Virus record (IMG/VR): IMGVR_UViG_3300005546_000001
Location: 1 to 64,000 of that record
Length of the DNA stretch: 64,000 nt
Source of the DNA: a virus
Lineage: Duplodnaviria > Caudoviricetes
Strand: one strand, 5' to 3'
A model generated the notes under the pieces. The model was not told where the DNA came from. It made no database searches and saw only the letters and a program-made list of their open reading frames with translations. Position numbers and translations under genes: made by a program. Shown piece after piece: positions 8,849 to 19,141 of this stretch (position 1 is the stretch's first letter; every line of letters starts with the position of its first letter).

Positions 8849-9942
8849 TGTCAGATGAAAGACAAATCCTCGCTCCTGTGCGATTCAAGCAACCCGGATG
8901 GCCATCATTCTGGGGGCCAGAAGCTTTAAAAGAACAAGAAGCATTAATTCGTTCTCGCGCATTTGAAAGAGGTTTTAGACAGAAACCACAATCTGATGAA
9001 GATTTAATCTTCCCACATCTTGTCGAAGACATTGTTTTTGAAAAAGGTATTATAGTTAAGTACGGAAAGAATTGGCGTCATCTTTCTGATCCGGAACATA
9101 AAGACTATGATGAACCCGATAATAATGGAGTTCATCACGACCCGTTTTATGTTTCACCTGAATGGCCGCGTTATATAGGATGTGACGTTTCGGGCAAAGG
9201 CCGACGCGGAACTGTTATTTTCACGCTAGCTATTTCTCCGCAAGCTGTTCGACACGTTTTGGATATTCGGATCGGAAGTTGGGGCGCGGGGCCAGAGTTT
9301 CATAGACAACTACAAGCCGTTAATTCAAATATACTCCTCTGCCCGCGCCGAATATTTGTAGAAAATAATGCTATCCAAGAAGCCGTAGTTGATAATCTGA
9401 AAGAAATTGGCGGAGAGTTCGGAAATAAAGTTTTTCCGTTTAGAACTGGAAATCAAAAGATGGACCCCGAAATCGGTCTTCCGGGGATCGATATGCAGTA
9501 CAAACTTGGACGTTGGCGAATTGGTGTTCCTCACAAAAAAAATTCTCCAGCATTTCCCGACAAAAAGAATCCAACGCTTTGTTTATGTGGAATTTGTACG
9601 CTGATACGAGATGCATCTACATTTACCGCTGATGATCTGAAAGAAACTCCGGATAGCATTGCCGCGCAATTTATTGCCAAAGAAGCAAGTCGTCAAGGAG
9701 AAAGATATTCAGAAACATCAGCAAACGTTGTTCAAATTTCTCAAAAAGATCTTCAGGCACAGATTCATCAAATGATACATCCTGAGAAATCACGATCTTT
9801 AAGATTGCCGGTTGTAACTAATTCAATCAGAGGAAAGAATTCAGATAAGTCGTGGCCATTTGACGCTCAGTTTAAGGGGCCGCATCCCGATCCAAAGATA
9901 AGACATGATGTTGGAACTTGTGCTGCATGTGATGGAGCTTAA
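8848..9942 (+). CDS. terL: terminase large subunit, nuclease half
   Basis: FWGPEAL..F..Q.P linker, RNase H-like YIGCD, VENNAIQ, PDSIAA; TAATG overlap. Confidence 0.85.
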   Translation: MSDERQILAPVRFKQPGWPSFWGPEALKEQEALIRSRAFERGFRQKPQSDEDLIFPHLVEDIVFEKGIIVKYGKNWRHLSDPEHKDYDEPDNNGVHHDPFYVSPEWPRYIGCDVSGKGRRGTVIFTLAISPQAVRHVLDIRIGSWGAGPEFHRQLQAVNSNILLCPRRIFVENNAIQEAVVDNLKEIGGEFGNKVFPFRTGNQKMDPEIGLPGIDMQYKLGRWRIGVPHKKNSPAFPDKKNPTLCLCGICTLIRDASTFTADDLKETPDSIAAQFIAKEASRQGERYSETSANVVQISQKDLQAQIHQMIHPEKSRSLRLPVVTNSIRGKNSDKSWPFDAQFKGPHPDPKIRHDVGTCAACDGA

Positions 9943-9947
9943 TTATA

Positions 9948-11540
9948 GTGGCTAGGCCGTTAGATGTTGGTAAACGAATTAAAGATTTGGTTAGCGGACT
10001 TTTGCGTGACGCCCTTGGTGCTCCGGTAAAAAGAAAAGGTCAGCCCCCAGTTCCGCCCACAAGATTTGGAAGGCTGTACGATTTAAACCGCCTCCGAACA
10101 GAACGACCTACGCGGCATCTCGACAACTTCGCATTTATTCAGGAAGTTTTGGCTAATATGCCAGCAGCAACCGCCGCTGTAAGGCAGCTTTCGGAAGACG
10201 TAGCGCTTGATGAAAGCGGCGATCCACGATCTTGGAATCTCACAGTAGGCATCGATCCACTGGATGATAGCGCGGGGAACGCCGAAAAAATTTCAGATTT
10301 TAAAGACAACGCAAAATCAATATTTGCTGATTATGCATTAAGAACTGGAATTGGCGATAAAGCAAAGAATTACGTTTTCAAGTTCTTAACTGCTGGTGAT
10401 TGTTTTGCTGAACAGTCAGTCACGCTTGACTCAAAGACCGGCTTTGGGCGAATTGAAAAGATTACCGAACTACCAACTTGGCAGATGCGAGTCATCTGGG
10501 ATGATGCCGGTGACTTGATTGGTTATGAGCAGCGGCTATATCCAAGTTTTGGATTTGCCGATGGTGCCCCAAATACAAAAAGATATGCAGATGTTTCGTG
10601 GGATATTCCAGCGCAGATCATCCACTGGAAATACCACGATTCAGATTATATGCCCTACGGGGAATCCATCTTCGCACATCTTCGAAACCGCTGGGAACAA
10701 TTTAAGCTAGTTGAACTAGATACTATCGGTGCCATTCATAGTCATGCAATTGATCCGGAAGTTCATCTTCTTGGAAATGAAGATGGCGCACGCCTTACTG
10801 ACGATGAAATTATAAGGTATCAACAAAAGCTTCGCGATAATCCCACGGATATAAATCGTTTTTATGTTGGGCGCAAGGGCGAAGTAGAGTACAATTTCCC
10901 GAAGACAGGAACCGCTGACGCTGTTGAGAAATTAATCAACGCATATCGCGATCTTGAAAATCGCTTTGTAGAGGCAATTGTCCCCGGCCAACCAAAGTCA
11001 AATGCCTTTGATATTACACGCCGCGCTGCCGCCGTATCTGGGTCGCAGACATATGCCCGCAAAGTAACATCAGTTCGACAAGATTTTGCCAGATATCTTC
11101 GTGACAGTATTTTCCTTGAGTTTGCGCTGCACGGAATTGACTGGATTTCTAATCCGGAACAATACGGTGCCAAGAAGATAACTCTCGAAGTTACGTGGCC
11201 TGATTCTGGCGAAACTCAAATTCAAAGAGTCAAACGACTTCTTTCTGAGTGGGTAGTCGGCGCTATATCGCATGAAAGATATTTGATTGAACGTGGTATG
11301 AATGATCCAGAAGGTGAACTGGATGTTATCAAACGAGAGCATGAAGAAGGCGACTTTCCACTCCAGTTTGCAAAAACTCCGATAACGGAGATTAGCGCAA
11401 ATGGCGAACAGGGCCAAGGGGTCGGTACGCCAGCAGATTCTAAGACATCTGTTTTGCGTTATATTTTTAATGATCCAGATGAAATACGCGATATAGTCCG
11501 TGAAGAACTTCGCGCAGCTTTTGAGGGATTAAATGAATGA
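9948..11540 (+). CDS. portal protein
   Basis: GDCFAE, IIHWK..PYGESI motifs; directly after TerL. Confidence 0.85.
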   Translation: MARPLDVGKRIKDLVSGLLRDALGAPVKRKGQPPVPPTRFGRLYDLNRLRTERPTRHLDNFAFIQEVLANMPAATAAVRQLSEDVALDESGDPRSWNLTVGIDPLDDSAGNAEKISDFKDNAKSIFADYALRTGIGDKAKNYVFKFLTAGDCFAEQSVTLDSKTGFGRIEKITELPTWQMRVIWDDAGDLIGYEQRLYPSFGFADGAPNTKRYADVSWDIPAQIIHWKYHDSDYMPYGESIFAHLRNRWEQFKLVELDTIGAIHSHAIDPEVHLLGNEDGARLTDDEIIRYQQKLRDNPTDINRFYVGRKGEVEYNFPKTGTADAVEKLINAYRDLENRFVEAIVPGQPKSNAFDITRRAAAVSGSQTYARKVTSVRQDFARYLRDSIFLEFALHGIDWISNPEQYGAKKITLEVTWPDSGETQIQRVKRLLSEWVVGAISHERYLIERGMNDPEGELDVIKREHEEGDFPLQFAKTPITEISANGEQGQGVGTPADSKTSVLRYIFNDPDEIRDIVREELRAAFEGLNE

Positions 11541-11955
11541 AATGTTTGGAGAGAGAATAGATAAAAAAATTCTTAGCGCGCTTCAAGGAATTGAATCCGC
11601 GCTTATTCAGATTGCCGGTGGTGGCAATCAATCTAATGAAAGTACTATTTTAAATAAACTAGCAGAACTTGAAAGTAAAATCAACCAAGTTCTGACTCAA
11701 CAGGAGAACATGATGGCTGACTTAACTGCCGAATTTGCTGCCTTTGGTGCCGCGCTTGATAGAGCGGTCGCTGAAATTAATTCTGAAATTACCGATCTTG
11801 CTGCTGCTCTTGCAAATAATGCTGCTGCAACCGCTGTTGTAGAAGATGCACGCGCAAAGATTACTGCCGCAACTGCGCGGATTTCTGGTGTAGCTGACGC
11901 CCTTGCCGCTGATAACCCCCCAGCGCCAACCCCAGCCCCCGAACCAGTTGTCTAA
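11533..11955 (+). CDS. Ala-rich coiled-coil protein
   Basis: helical Ala-rich C-half, Pro-rich tail. Confidence 0.65.
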   Translation: MNEMFGERIDKKILSALQGIESALIQIAGGGNQSNESTILNKLAELESKINQVLTQQENMMADLTAEFAAFGAALDRAVAEINSEITDLAAALANNAAATAVVEDARAKITAATARISGVADALAADNPPAPTPAPEPVV

Positions 11956-12014
11956 CTTAACCGGGCCGGTTTTACCGGCCCAACCCCCAAAACTATTTTA
12001 GTTGAGACTTTTGA

Positions 12015-13814
12015 ATGCTTTTAAAACTTTCGAAAGAAAAATTTGATGTTCTAGCAGCAAAACTAGAACGCGGTGGTATATCCCTTAATAACACGCGACC
12101 AGCCACCCATGCTGAACAAAGAGTTTTTTATTCTATTCTATCAGACATGGGATACCCCGATTCGCGTGCTATCGGCAAACGCGCCCCAGATCCTAATTAT
12201 TCAGAACTTGGATTTGATCGAGTTGCGGGAGCACCCACTGATAGTGAAATTGTCAGATACGCAGAAGTAACAAACGGCGGGACACTCACAAAAGACGGCC
12301 TAGTTACGCAAGCGCTTTTCTTTGATTCAGACTTAATTGCTGATAGATATTCAGTAGCAACTTATAACCTTCTTGTTGATTTAGCATCAAAATATATTGG
12401 ACGGGGAAACGATTTTAACCACGAGTTCGACGCACGCCAAGCAAGAGCTAGAATTATTCAAACTAATTTAGGAACCGATCCGGCAACATCGCTTCACCCT
12501 GATACCCCAGTACAATCACTAAAAACTCTTAGCCCGAATAATGTAGTTGCGGGAACCTACGTCGCGCTTTATGGAACTCTCGCTTTCCCCAAACTAGAAA
12601 ATGAAGCGCCGTCTTATCAAGGTGGTGGAAATACAATCCAAAGCGTAAGTAGCGGACTAGTTAAAGATATCTCAATTGCCTTCCAGCCAAACCCAGACAC
12701 AACTTATTGTTCAATTTGTCTTAATAAAATGGACCGATTTTGGTTTTGGAGCTATTGCGATATTCACGGATTCCCCGGTGGGCGAATGGATGACGGTACA
12801 GCAGTTGTGGAAATAATGGACCATGTATCCGATGTATTTACATTTGGATTAGTCTCGGATGGCGCCGTTAAGAGAGCTGGAATTATTCTTGATCCTAAAA
12901 TTGAAACAGCTAGCCAATCTGAAGCAACGGATAATTCTGAAAAAAGTCAATCAGATACAAAAACAGAGTATCAGTGGACAATAGCTGGCCCAAATGCCTT
13001 TAGAATTACTGGAGCTACCGTAAATAAACTCCCTCCTGGACTTTATAAAATAACACAAGATTTTTGGGATAATAATTATTTTGAACTTAGTAATCCAGAT
13101 ACTGATAGTTTAATTAAACTTCCTAATACGGCTGGGGATAAAGCAATAGCTGGTATACGAAAGTTTTGGAAATCAGAAGGTTTATTTAAGGCTAAGGGAC
13201 ATCTTTTTAAGCGTGGTGTACTTTTATGGGGACCACCGGGTGGTGGTAAAACCGCGATAGTAAACCAATTGAGCGTTGATTTGATTAGCGAAGATGGGAT
13301 AGTTTTATGGATAAATAATCCAAAGATAGCCAGCGCTGCACTTCCAGAACTACGAAAAGTTGAAACAACCCGTCCTATAATTTGTATTCTAGAAGATATA
13401 GATGAAATAACTGGTGAATATAAAGAACACGAGCTTCTTTCTCTACTAGATGGAGAAAATCAAGTCAATAATGTTGTATTTATCGCTACAACTAACTATC
13501 CAGAAAAACTTGACGCTAGGATGATTAATCGCCCAAGTAGATTCGACGAGATAATTAGAGTAGGGATGCCATCTCCAAAGGCTAGATCGATTTATATTCG
13601 ATCAAGACTTAATTCTGAAGATCTGCCCGATTCAGAGCTTACCAAATGGGTAGTTGATACAAAGGGATTTAGTATCGCTCACATCAAAGAACTTGTCGTA
13701 TCAGTTAAGTGTTTAGGAAATGACTATGAAACCACACTTACTCGATTAAAAGGTATGAGTTCTAAGTTTAACAGTAATGACGAGTATGATGACGAAGAAG
13801 AATTAGCGGCGTAA
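12015..13814 (+). CDS. prohead protease-like domain fused to a C-terminal AAA+ ATPase
   Basis: N-half: FNH, KDISIAF, CSIC..C..H..PG, GLV..GA...AG; C-half: GPPGGGKT, ILEDID, TTNYPEKLD, RPSRFD. Confidence 0.8.
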   Translation: MLLKLSKEKFDVLAAKLERGGISLNNTRPATHAEQRVFYSILSDMGYPDSRAIGKRAPDPNYSELGFDRVAGAPTDSEIVRYAEVTNGGTLTKDGLVTQALFFDSDLIADRYSVATYNLLVDLASKYIGRGNDFNHEFDARQARARIIQTNLGTDPATSLHPDTPVQSLKTLSPNNVVAGTYVALYGTLAFPKLENEAPSYQGGGNTIQSVSSGLVKDISIAFQPNPDTTYCSICLNKMDRFWFWSYCDIHGFPGGRMDDGTAVVEIMDHVSDVFTFGLVSDGAVKRAGIILDPKIETASQSEATDNSEKSQSDTKTEYQWTIAGPNAFRITGATVNKLPPGLYKITQDFWDNNYFELSNPDTDSLIKLPNTAGDKAIAGIRKFWKSEGLFKAKGHLFKRGVLLWGPPGGGKTAIVNQLSVDLISEDGIVLWINNPKIASAALPELRKVETTRPIICILEDIDEITGEYKEHELLSLLDGENQVNNVVFIATTNYPEKLDARMINRPSRFDEIIRVGMPSPKARSIYIRSRLNSEDLPDSELTKWVVDTKGFSIAHIKELVVSVKCLGNDYETTLTRLKGMSSKFNSNDEYDDEEELAA

Positions 13815-13842
13815 GCCGACATTTCACACATAAGGAATAAAC

Positions 13843-14649
13843 ATGAAAATCGAAAAACCCGAAGAACTCGCGGCTTGCATCGCGAAGAATGACGAGCTTA
13901 CAGCCCAACTTGCAGAATTCGAGAAAATGAAGGAAGACTTCGATGCTCTTAAGGCTGATGCCGAAGCCGCTACGGCGGCTCTTGCAGAAATTACTAAAGA
14001 AGTAGAAGCACTCCGCGTTGAAAACGAAGAATTCAAAATAGCTATGGCTGCAAGTGCAGAGGTGGGCGACCAGATTGCCGCAGAAGTAGCGAAAAATCTT
14101 GAACTTACAGAGCAGCTTGATACCGCAAAAACAAGTTATGACCGGGAACTTGAAATTAAAGACGCAGAGATTGCGTCTTTAACGGAACAAGCCGGAGCAT
14201 TTCAAGAGTTAGCTGTTGAGTATGCTGAAGATGCTGAATCTGTTGAAAAACAGTTTGAACTAATCAAAAAGCATCTTTCTCTAAAGGGAGCAGTTCCCGA
14301 TATTGAAGAGCCTACTGCAATCAAAGAAGAAACTGAAGCTCACAAGAATTGGCTTGATCTTGGAACCAGCAAGAATCCCACTGACCGAAGAGCGGCTCGC
14401 GCAATGCTGAAGGCAAATCCTGCTATTGCATCTGTAATTGATAAAAATGCTGCTCCAAAAGTTCAAATTGCTACTATAAAGCCTGTTTTTACTGACGAAC
14501 AAATGGAAGTCATTACAAGATGGCAAGCAGAGCGTGCGGCAGCTAAATCAGATAAGAATTCAAAACTTCATGCAGAGCATGTTGTAGCCGCACGAAGAAT
14601 CTATAATAAGAACCAAGCATTGATTGATTCTTATCTACAGTCTAACTAA
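13843..14649 (+). CDS. probable capsid scaffolding protein
   Basis: acidic coiled coil between protease and capsid genes; AAGGA RBS. Confidence 0.7.
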   Translation: MKIEKPEELAACIAKNDELTAQLAEFEKMKEDFDALKADAEAATAALAEITKEVEALRVENEEFKIAMAASAEVGDQIAAEVAKNLELTEQLDTAKTSYDRELEIKDAEIASLTEQAGAFQELAVEYAEDAESVEKQFELIKKHLSLKGAVPDIEEPTAIKEETEAHKNWLDLGTSKNPTDRRAARAMLKANPAIASVIDKNAAPKVQIATIKPVFTDEQMEVITRWQAERAAAKSDKNSKLHAEHVVAARRIYNKNQALIDSYLQSN

Positions 14650-14732
14650 CTTACGAATTATTTCTAGAAGACGGCCACAGCCATTTGAGGGCGTTGGCAC
14701 GTCGAAAATCAACGACAAAAGGAAAACCTTAA

Positions 14733-15815
14733 ATGGCTAATAACGTAAAGATAACCGATGAGCTTATCCCCTTGATGGAACAGAGTTTATTTGATAACCC
14801 AAAACCATCTCTCGTGATGAGTCAATTTTCGAATGAATATTTTGATCTCGGCCAAAGAAAGGGCGACACTGTAAGAATCATGGCGCCTGACTACTTGGCT
14901 GCGACCGTAAATCCGCGAACAGCTAGAACTCTAGCTTCGCTTGGTAGTTTAGTGGCCAACCAGCCTGTTCAGTCATTCACCGAACAGAAGCAAGAAATTC
15001 AGTTGAATGAATGGATCGGGCCTGGAACCACAACCGCAATAAGTCCACTTCAGTTGCAAGAATATGATTGGATGCATTCTATTCATGATCTTGCTGGCGT
15101 AAATGGTGCTATTCTCGCAGAGGACTACCATCGATGGCGCGATGATATGTATATCCAGGCGCTTGCAAATAACACCTTTCGTATCTTTGTAAATAACAAA
15201 GCGTCGGTAAACTCTTTGGCAAGTACTGATTTGTTTACTCCAGATACTTTTGCTGATGCCGCTGCTCAGTTAGCTACAGCGAATGTCCCTAAGTATTCCG
15301 ATGGGCTTTATATTGCAGTAATTACCCCAAAGGTAAGAGCAGAACTTTATAAGAATCAAAAGTTCTTGGATGCTACAACTCGCGGTAAGGGAGCATCAGC
15401 TCCTGTTTTCAATGGCGATCTTGGTGAGTATGTTGGTGTTCGATTCGTAGAATCAACCAACATCCCAACAGTAGCTGCCGGTTCGTCTGGAATCTCGCTC
15501 ACTGCACAGCAAGTATTTATGTTTGGGCCTAGTGGATTTGGATTGTTCCCTCTTGGAACCGCAGAAGGAAATCTTTCGGATATCCGAAGGGACTTTTTCC
15601 GTGGAGCAGGAGCGGGTCCACTTGTTCAAGCAAACGGAATGCCAGTAGAAGCAAGGTTCTGGGAAGTAAACGACTACGGACGTTTCTCAACCGTGATCTG
15701 GATCGAGCATGCTGAGTACAAAGTTCTTGACCCAGCTCCTGGCGCTGGCAGGACTGTTGGAACTGACACCAGATACTCAAGAACGATATATGGTGCAACC
15801 AGCTCAACTATATAA
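14733..15815 (+). CDS. major capsid protein (HK97 fold)
   Basis: GDTVRI, LATANVP..DGLYIAVITP, GDLGEYVGVRFVES. Confidence 0.9.
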   Translation: MANNVKITDELIPLMEQSLFDNPKPSLVMSQFSNEYFDLGQRKGDTVRIMAPDYLAATVNPRTARTLASLGSLVANQPVQSFTEQKQEIQLNEWIGPGTTTAISPLQLQEYDWMHSIHDLAGVNGAILAEDYHRWRDDMYIQALANNTFRIFVNNKASVNSLASTDLFTPDTFADAAAQLATANVPKYSDGLYIAVITPKVRAELYKNQKFLDATTRGKGASAPVFNGDLGEYVGVRFVESTNIPTVAAGSSGISLTAQQVFMFGPSGFGLFPLGTAEGNLSDIRRDFFRGAGAGPLVQANGMPVEARFWEVNDYGRFSTVIWIEHAEYKVLDPAPGAGRTVGTDTRYSRTIYGATSSTI

Positions 15816-15828
15816 TCAGTCAATTAAC

Positions 15829-15862
15829 TAGGGCCGGGTTGCCGCTCGGCCCTTAACTTTTA
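15829..15862 (+). terminator. GC hairpin after capsid gene
   Basis: AGGGCCGGG/CTCGGCCCT stem, T-rich tail. Confidence 0.5.
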
Positions 15863-15870
15863 AGGGAATT

Positions 15871-16386
15871 ATGCTACGAAGAAAATTCATGTCTCTAGCT
15901 TTGGCTGGAGTAATTGGAATCACTAGTATTTTTAGTGTAGGATGTGGTGGATTTATTGCCAGTCTGAAAACGGCAATTGCAAGTTCGGGACCATTGCTTA
16001 GCGTTTTAGTCAACAAGAAAGTTCTGTCGCAAGAAAAGGCAGATTTCATTAGGTCTGACTTCAACGCCGCTGTTGATGTTGTTGCCGAACTCGATAAAGA
16101 TTTTAAAGCCGCAACAAACACAGGCGATAAGCTAGCCGCCGCTCAAAAAGCTGAAAGGGCTTGGAAAGCGATCTACGCTCAAGGGCACTTCGGCGCCAAT
16201 GCTACCATTCTAGAAGTCGCAAACATTGTTGATGCTGTATTCGCATCCGTAGTTGCTTATTACGGCGGCGGGCCAAGAGCGTCCTTAACTTCAAGAAGTG
16301 GCGCTAGGATTGATTCTGAAGAGGCGCTTGCTCAGCACGTTAAAGAACGCGCAGAACGAATCAAGGAACTTTTGAAGGTCAAGTAA
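15871..16386 (+). CDS. putative Tat-exported lipoprotein
   Basis: MLRRKF twin-Arg, hydrophobic stretch, SVGC lipobox-like. Confidence 0.6.
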   Translation: MLRRKFMSLALAGVIGITSIFSVGCGGFIASLKTAIASSGPLLSVLVNKKVLSQEKADFIRSDFNAAVDVVAELDKDFKAATNTGDKLAAAQKAERAWKAIYAQGHFGANATILEVANIVDAVFASVVAYYGGGPRASLTSRSGARIDSEEALAQHVKERAERIKELLKVK

Positions 16387-16388
16387 GT

Positions 16389-16706
16389 ATGTGCCTTAAA
16401 GACTTTGAATGTTCCTGTGGAAATCGTATAACCAAAGATGTTCCAATGACTGCTGAAAAGCAGCAGCAACACTCACAAATAGAATGGTGCGCAAAGTGCC
16501 AGCGCACCAAAATTTTTCAAAGGGTTTATTCTCCAGTAGCAGTAGCATTCGGTATGCTAGCTGGTAAACCAGGATTTAGAAAACAAGCGGCTGCTGTTAA
16601 TGGCTGGGGAACATACACAACTGATTACGGAAAAGCTGGTTCTGATCTGGTAACTGGTCGGGCGCAAGAAGCTGCTAGAAATATTAAACCAGCGGTTGTA
16701 GATTAA
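16389..16706 (+). CDS. FmdB-like Zn-ribbon protein
   Basis: FECSCG...CAKC...RVYS. Confidence 0.65.
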   Translation: MCLKDFECSCGNRITKDVPMTAEKQQQHSQIEWCAKCQRTKIFQRVYSPVAVAFGMLAGKPGFRKQAAAVNGWGTYTTDYGKAGSDLVTGRAQEAARNIKPAVVD

Positions 16707-16707
16707 A

Positions 16708-16920
16708 ATGAACAACAATTCAAGCTCAACAGCAACAGGCGATTCTGTTTGGATAAAATATCCAACACCATGTCCAACATGCGGTAAATGTCCAACTTGC
16801 GGAGCATATAAAACACAACCATACTGGCCAGTCGGCCCGTTTTATCCGGCTAATCCAGCATATCCAACTTGGTATGGGACGCTTACATCAGCAGGAAGCG
16901 CCCCAGAAATTAATTCGTAA
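16708..16920 (+). CDS. small Cys/Pro-rich protein
   Basis: CPTCGKCPTCG. Confidence 0.6.
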   Translation: MNNNSSSTATGDSVWIKYPTPCPTCGKCPTCGAYKTQPYWPVGPFYPANPAYPTWYGTLTSAGSAPEINS

Positions 16921-17231
16921 TGGCACTGCGTGAGTATGAATGCAGTAAAGATGGTTTCTTTGAAGTAAGACGCCCGATATCCGCGCCCACAACCGAAGAT
17001 TGCCCAAAGTGTGGTAAGGCAGCAGAGAGAATTTACACATGCGCCCCATCAATGGGAATCACTGGAAACGGAATTCCAGATGGTGCTAAGGACATGTCTG
17101 AGTATGAGTCGTGGCAGCGCGAACGGTGGTCATGGGCAGAATCAGAGTGCAGCGTCGATAATATGGGCGCTGAAGATGTTAGCTCAGCTAAAATAGTTCC
17201 ACAGCATAAATTTGGAAATGACGTTTTCTAA
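16920..17231 (+). CDS. FmdB-like Zn-ribbon protein
   Basis: YEC..DGFFEV...CPKCG...ERIY. Confidence 0.7.
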   Translation: MALREYECSKDGFFEVRRPISAPTTEDCPKCGKAAERIYTCAPSMGITGNGIPDGAKDMSEYESWQRERWSWAESECSVDNMGAEDVSSAKIVPQHKFGNDVF

Positions 17232-17244
17232 GGGTTTACTTTGA

Positions 17245-18105
17245 ATGCTCTATTTAAAATCCGCAGCCGAAGTTATTGACTATCTTACCCGCGATGTAGA
17301 AGCTACGGTTGGAAGAGAACTCGCTTTATCAAGAATTGCGTCAGTCCTTGTTGACAGTTATTTGGGGCGGTCATTATCAATCCAGTATTATCTTCTGGAT
17401 TTTGAATTGAATAGTGCTGGTGTTGGATACATTCCAAGACGGCCCATTATATCCTTTGCCCCAACAGTACTTCCTACGGGGATTCGAGTACGCCCGTTCC
17501 GAATGAACGGGGATGGGACTAGGAGTTTTTCTTCTGGGTCTAGTGATTTTCCAGATTCTGTAGATGTAACCGCACCTCTTTATAATCCAAGAACAGGAAG
17601 AATCGAATTATCTCCTTCTGGAATTACTAGTGTTGATTATGGAAGATCAACATTGGGGCGTGCGAAAACATACGAAGCACAAATTGAAGTTTACGCCGGA
17701 TATCTTTTAGATACAATACTTGCTCAAGCAGTGTCTCACGGTTCATCATTAGTTAAATTAGATTCTGTAATCGGAGCAGTTCCAAATTCTACTAAAATCC
17801 AGTTTGGCCAAAATTTAACTAAATACACAATCACATCAGTAGATACGGCTACTAACGTAGTAGGTATTTCATCGCCCCTACCAGAAACTCTTGGAGCTGG
17901 AACTGAAGTAACCCAAGTAGTTCCAGAAGATGTTAAATTGGCTACAGCGGTAATTATTTCAGATCAACTCACATATGAGGTTTCGACATTAAGACAAACG
18001 AGTACACTTGACGTACTGACAGACAGACTTTCCAGAATAAATGGAAGTGCAATACCACCCGAAGCCGAGGAACTCTTAGCCGATTATCGCAATAGTATAG
18101 GATAG
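17245..18105 (+). CDS. head-tail adaptor with inserted beta domain
   Basis: AS.LVDSYLGR, Y.AGY, VPEDVKLA, IPPEAEELLADYR. Confidence 0.75.
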   Translation: MLYLKSAAEVIDYLTRDVEATVGRELALSRIASVLVDSYLGRSLSIQYYLLDFELNSAGVGYIPRRPIISFAPTVLPTGIRVRPFRMNGDGTRSFSSGSSDFPDSVDVTAPLYNPRTGRIELSPSGITSVDYGRSTLGRAKTYEAQIEVYAGYLLDTILAQAVSHGSSLVKLDSVIGAVPNSTKIQFGQNLTKYTITSVDTATNVVGISSPLPETLGAGTEVTQVVPEDVKLATAVIISDQLTYEVSTLRQTSTLDVLTDRLSRINGSAIPPEAEELLADYRNSIG

Positions 18106-18107
18106 AA

Positions 18108-18593
18108 ATGCCATCAGCCACGAGTTCGCGTGTACTCAGGAAATTCAGGAAGCTCCATAAAAAGATTCGCGGTGCAGACCGCGTTTGTAAGTTTGTAAAG
18201 TTCACCAACGCTGTCGAAGATTATTGGTCAGCCGATCCATCGGTTACAGAATTAACTACAATAGATCCCCAACCAGTAGTTAAGGATCAGGACAAGGCTA
18301 GATTCACATCGTTTGGCAACGAAGTTGTTCAAGAATCCTTTTTTGGGGGCATAACCGAAGACCAAAGAATTTTTATTGTTCTAGCTGATAGCTTTGTTCC
18401 AAGGAACCCAGTTGAAACACTTTCTCAGAGATGTGAGGATTTCATCCTCGAAAGAACCGGACAAGAAAAAGGTGGAATTCTTTACGGAAATACGATTTAT
18501 ACAATCGAGAGATTCTTTGGTAATCCGATTTTAGGAAGTGTTGTAGCACGATATTTTATACTTGCGACAGCACATAAGAAAAAAGGTAGCTAA
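18108..18593 (+). CDS. probable head closure protein
   Basis: synteny and size. Confidence 0.55.
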   Translation: MPSATSSRVLRKFRKLHKKIRGADRVCKFVKFTNAVEDYWSADPSVTELTTIDPQPVVKDQDKARFTSFGNEVVQESFFGGITEDQRIFIVLADSFVPRNPVETLSQRCEDFILERTGQEKGGILYGNTIYTIERFFGNPILGSVVARYFILATAHKKKGS

Positions 18594-19141
18594 TGGCGGT
18601 AAATTACCAATTGGCGGTGCGCCAAAGCATCCTACATAAAATTGCTATCTACCTTCAGCAAGATGGTAGTCGTGATATGACAATTCCCTTGAATTTTAAT
18701 AATGGAATTGCTGACTTTTTATTTAATACAACAACTTATGGGATTGTTCCACTAGAAGCTGGACAGACTGCCTTCTATCCCGGAGTCAGTATTTTACCCT
18801 TAGATGAAGAAGATGCTGTAACAGGGCGTTCTCATTTAACTAAAAAGAGATATATTCTTCCAGTTAAAATATTCGTAGGAAAAGAAATTTCAGGAAATAC
18901 GCGCCCCCAAGTTGTAAAAGCAGAAGTTTTAGAAGTTTGTAAATTAGTCCTTCAATGCCTTTCAGATGGCGTTGTTCAGATATGGGATTACTCAGATTTA
19001 AATAATCCAGTTAGTACTGGAATTCGAGCTACCTACGGAAACACGCCGTATTCCTTTAAAGATGAAAGCGTTGCAGTTCCCGGAGGGGATATAAGAATGG
19101 GCTGCGTTGTGCAGCTAAATTACATTGATTTATCACTATGA
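18593..19141 (+). CDS. probable tail terminator
   Basis: synteny; YPGVSI motif. Confidence 0.55.
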   Translation: MAVNYQLAVRQSILHKIAIYLQQDGSRDMTIPLNFNNGIADFLFNTTTYGIVPLEAGQTAFYPGVSILPLDEEDAVTGRSHLTKKRYILPVKIFVGKEISGNTRPQVVKAEVLEVCKLVLQCLSDGVVQIWDYSDLNNPVSTGIRATYGNTPYSFKDESVAVPGGDIRMGCVVQLNYIDLSL

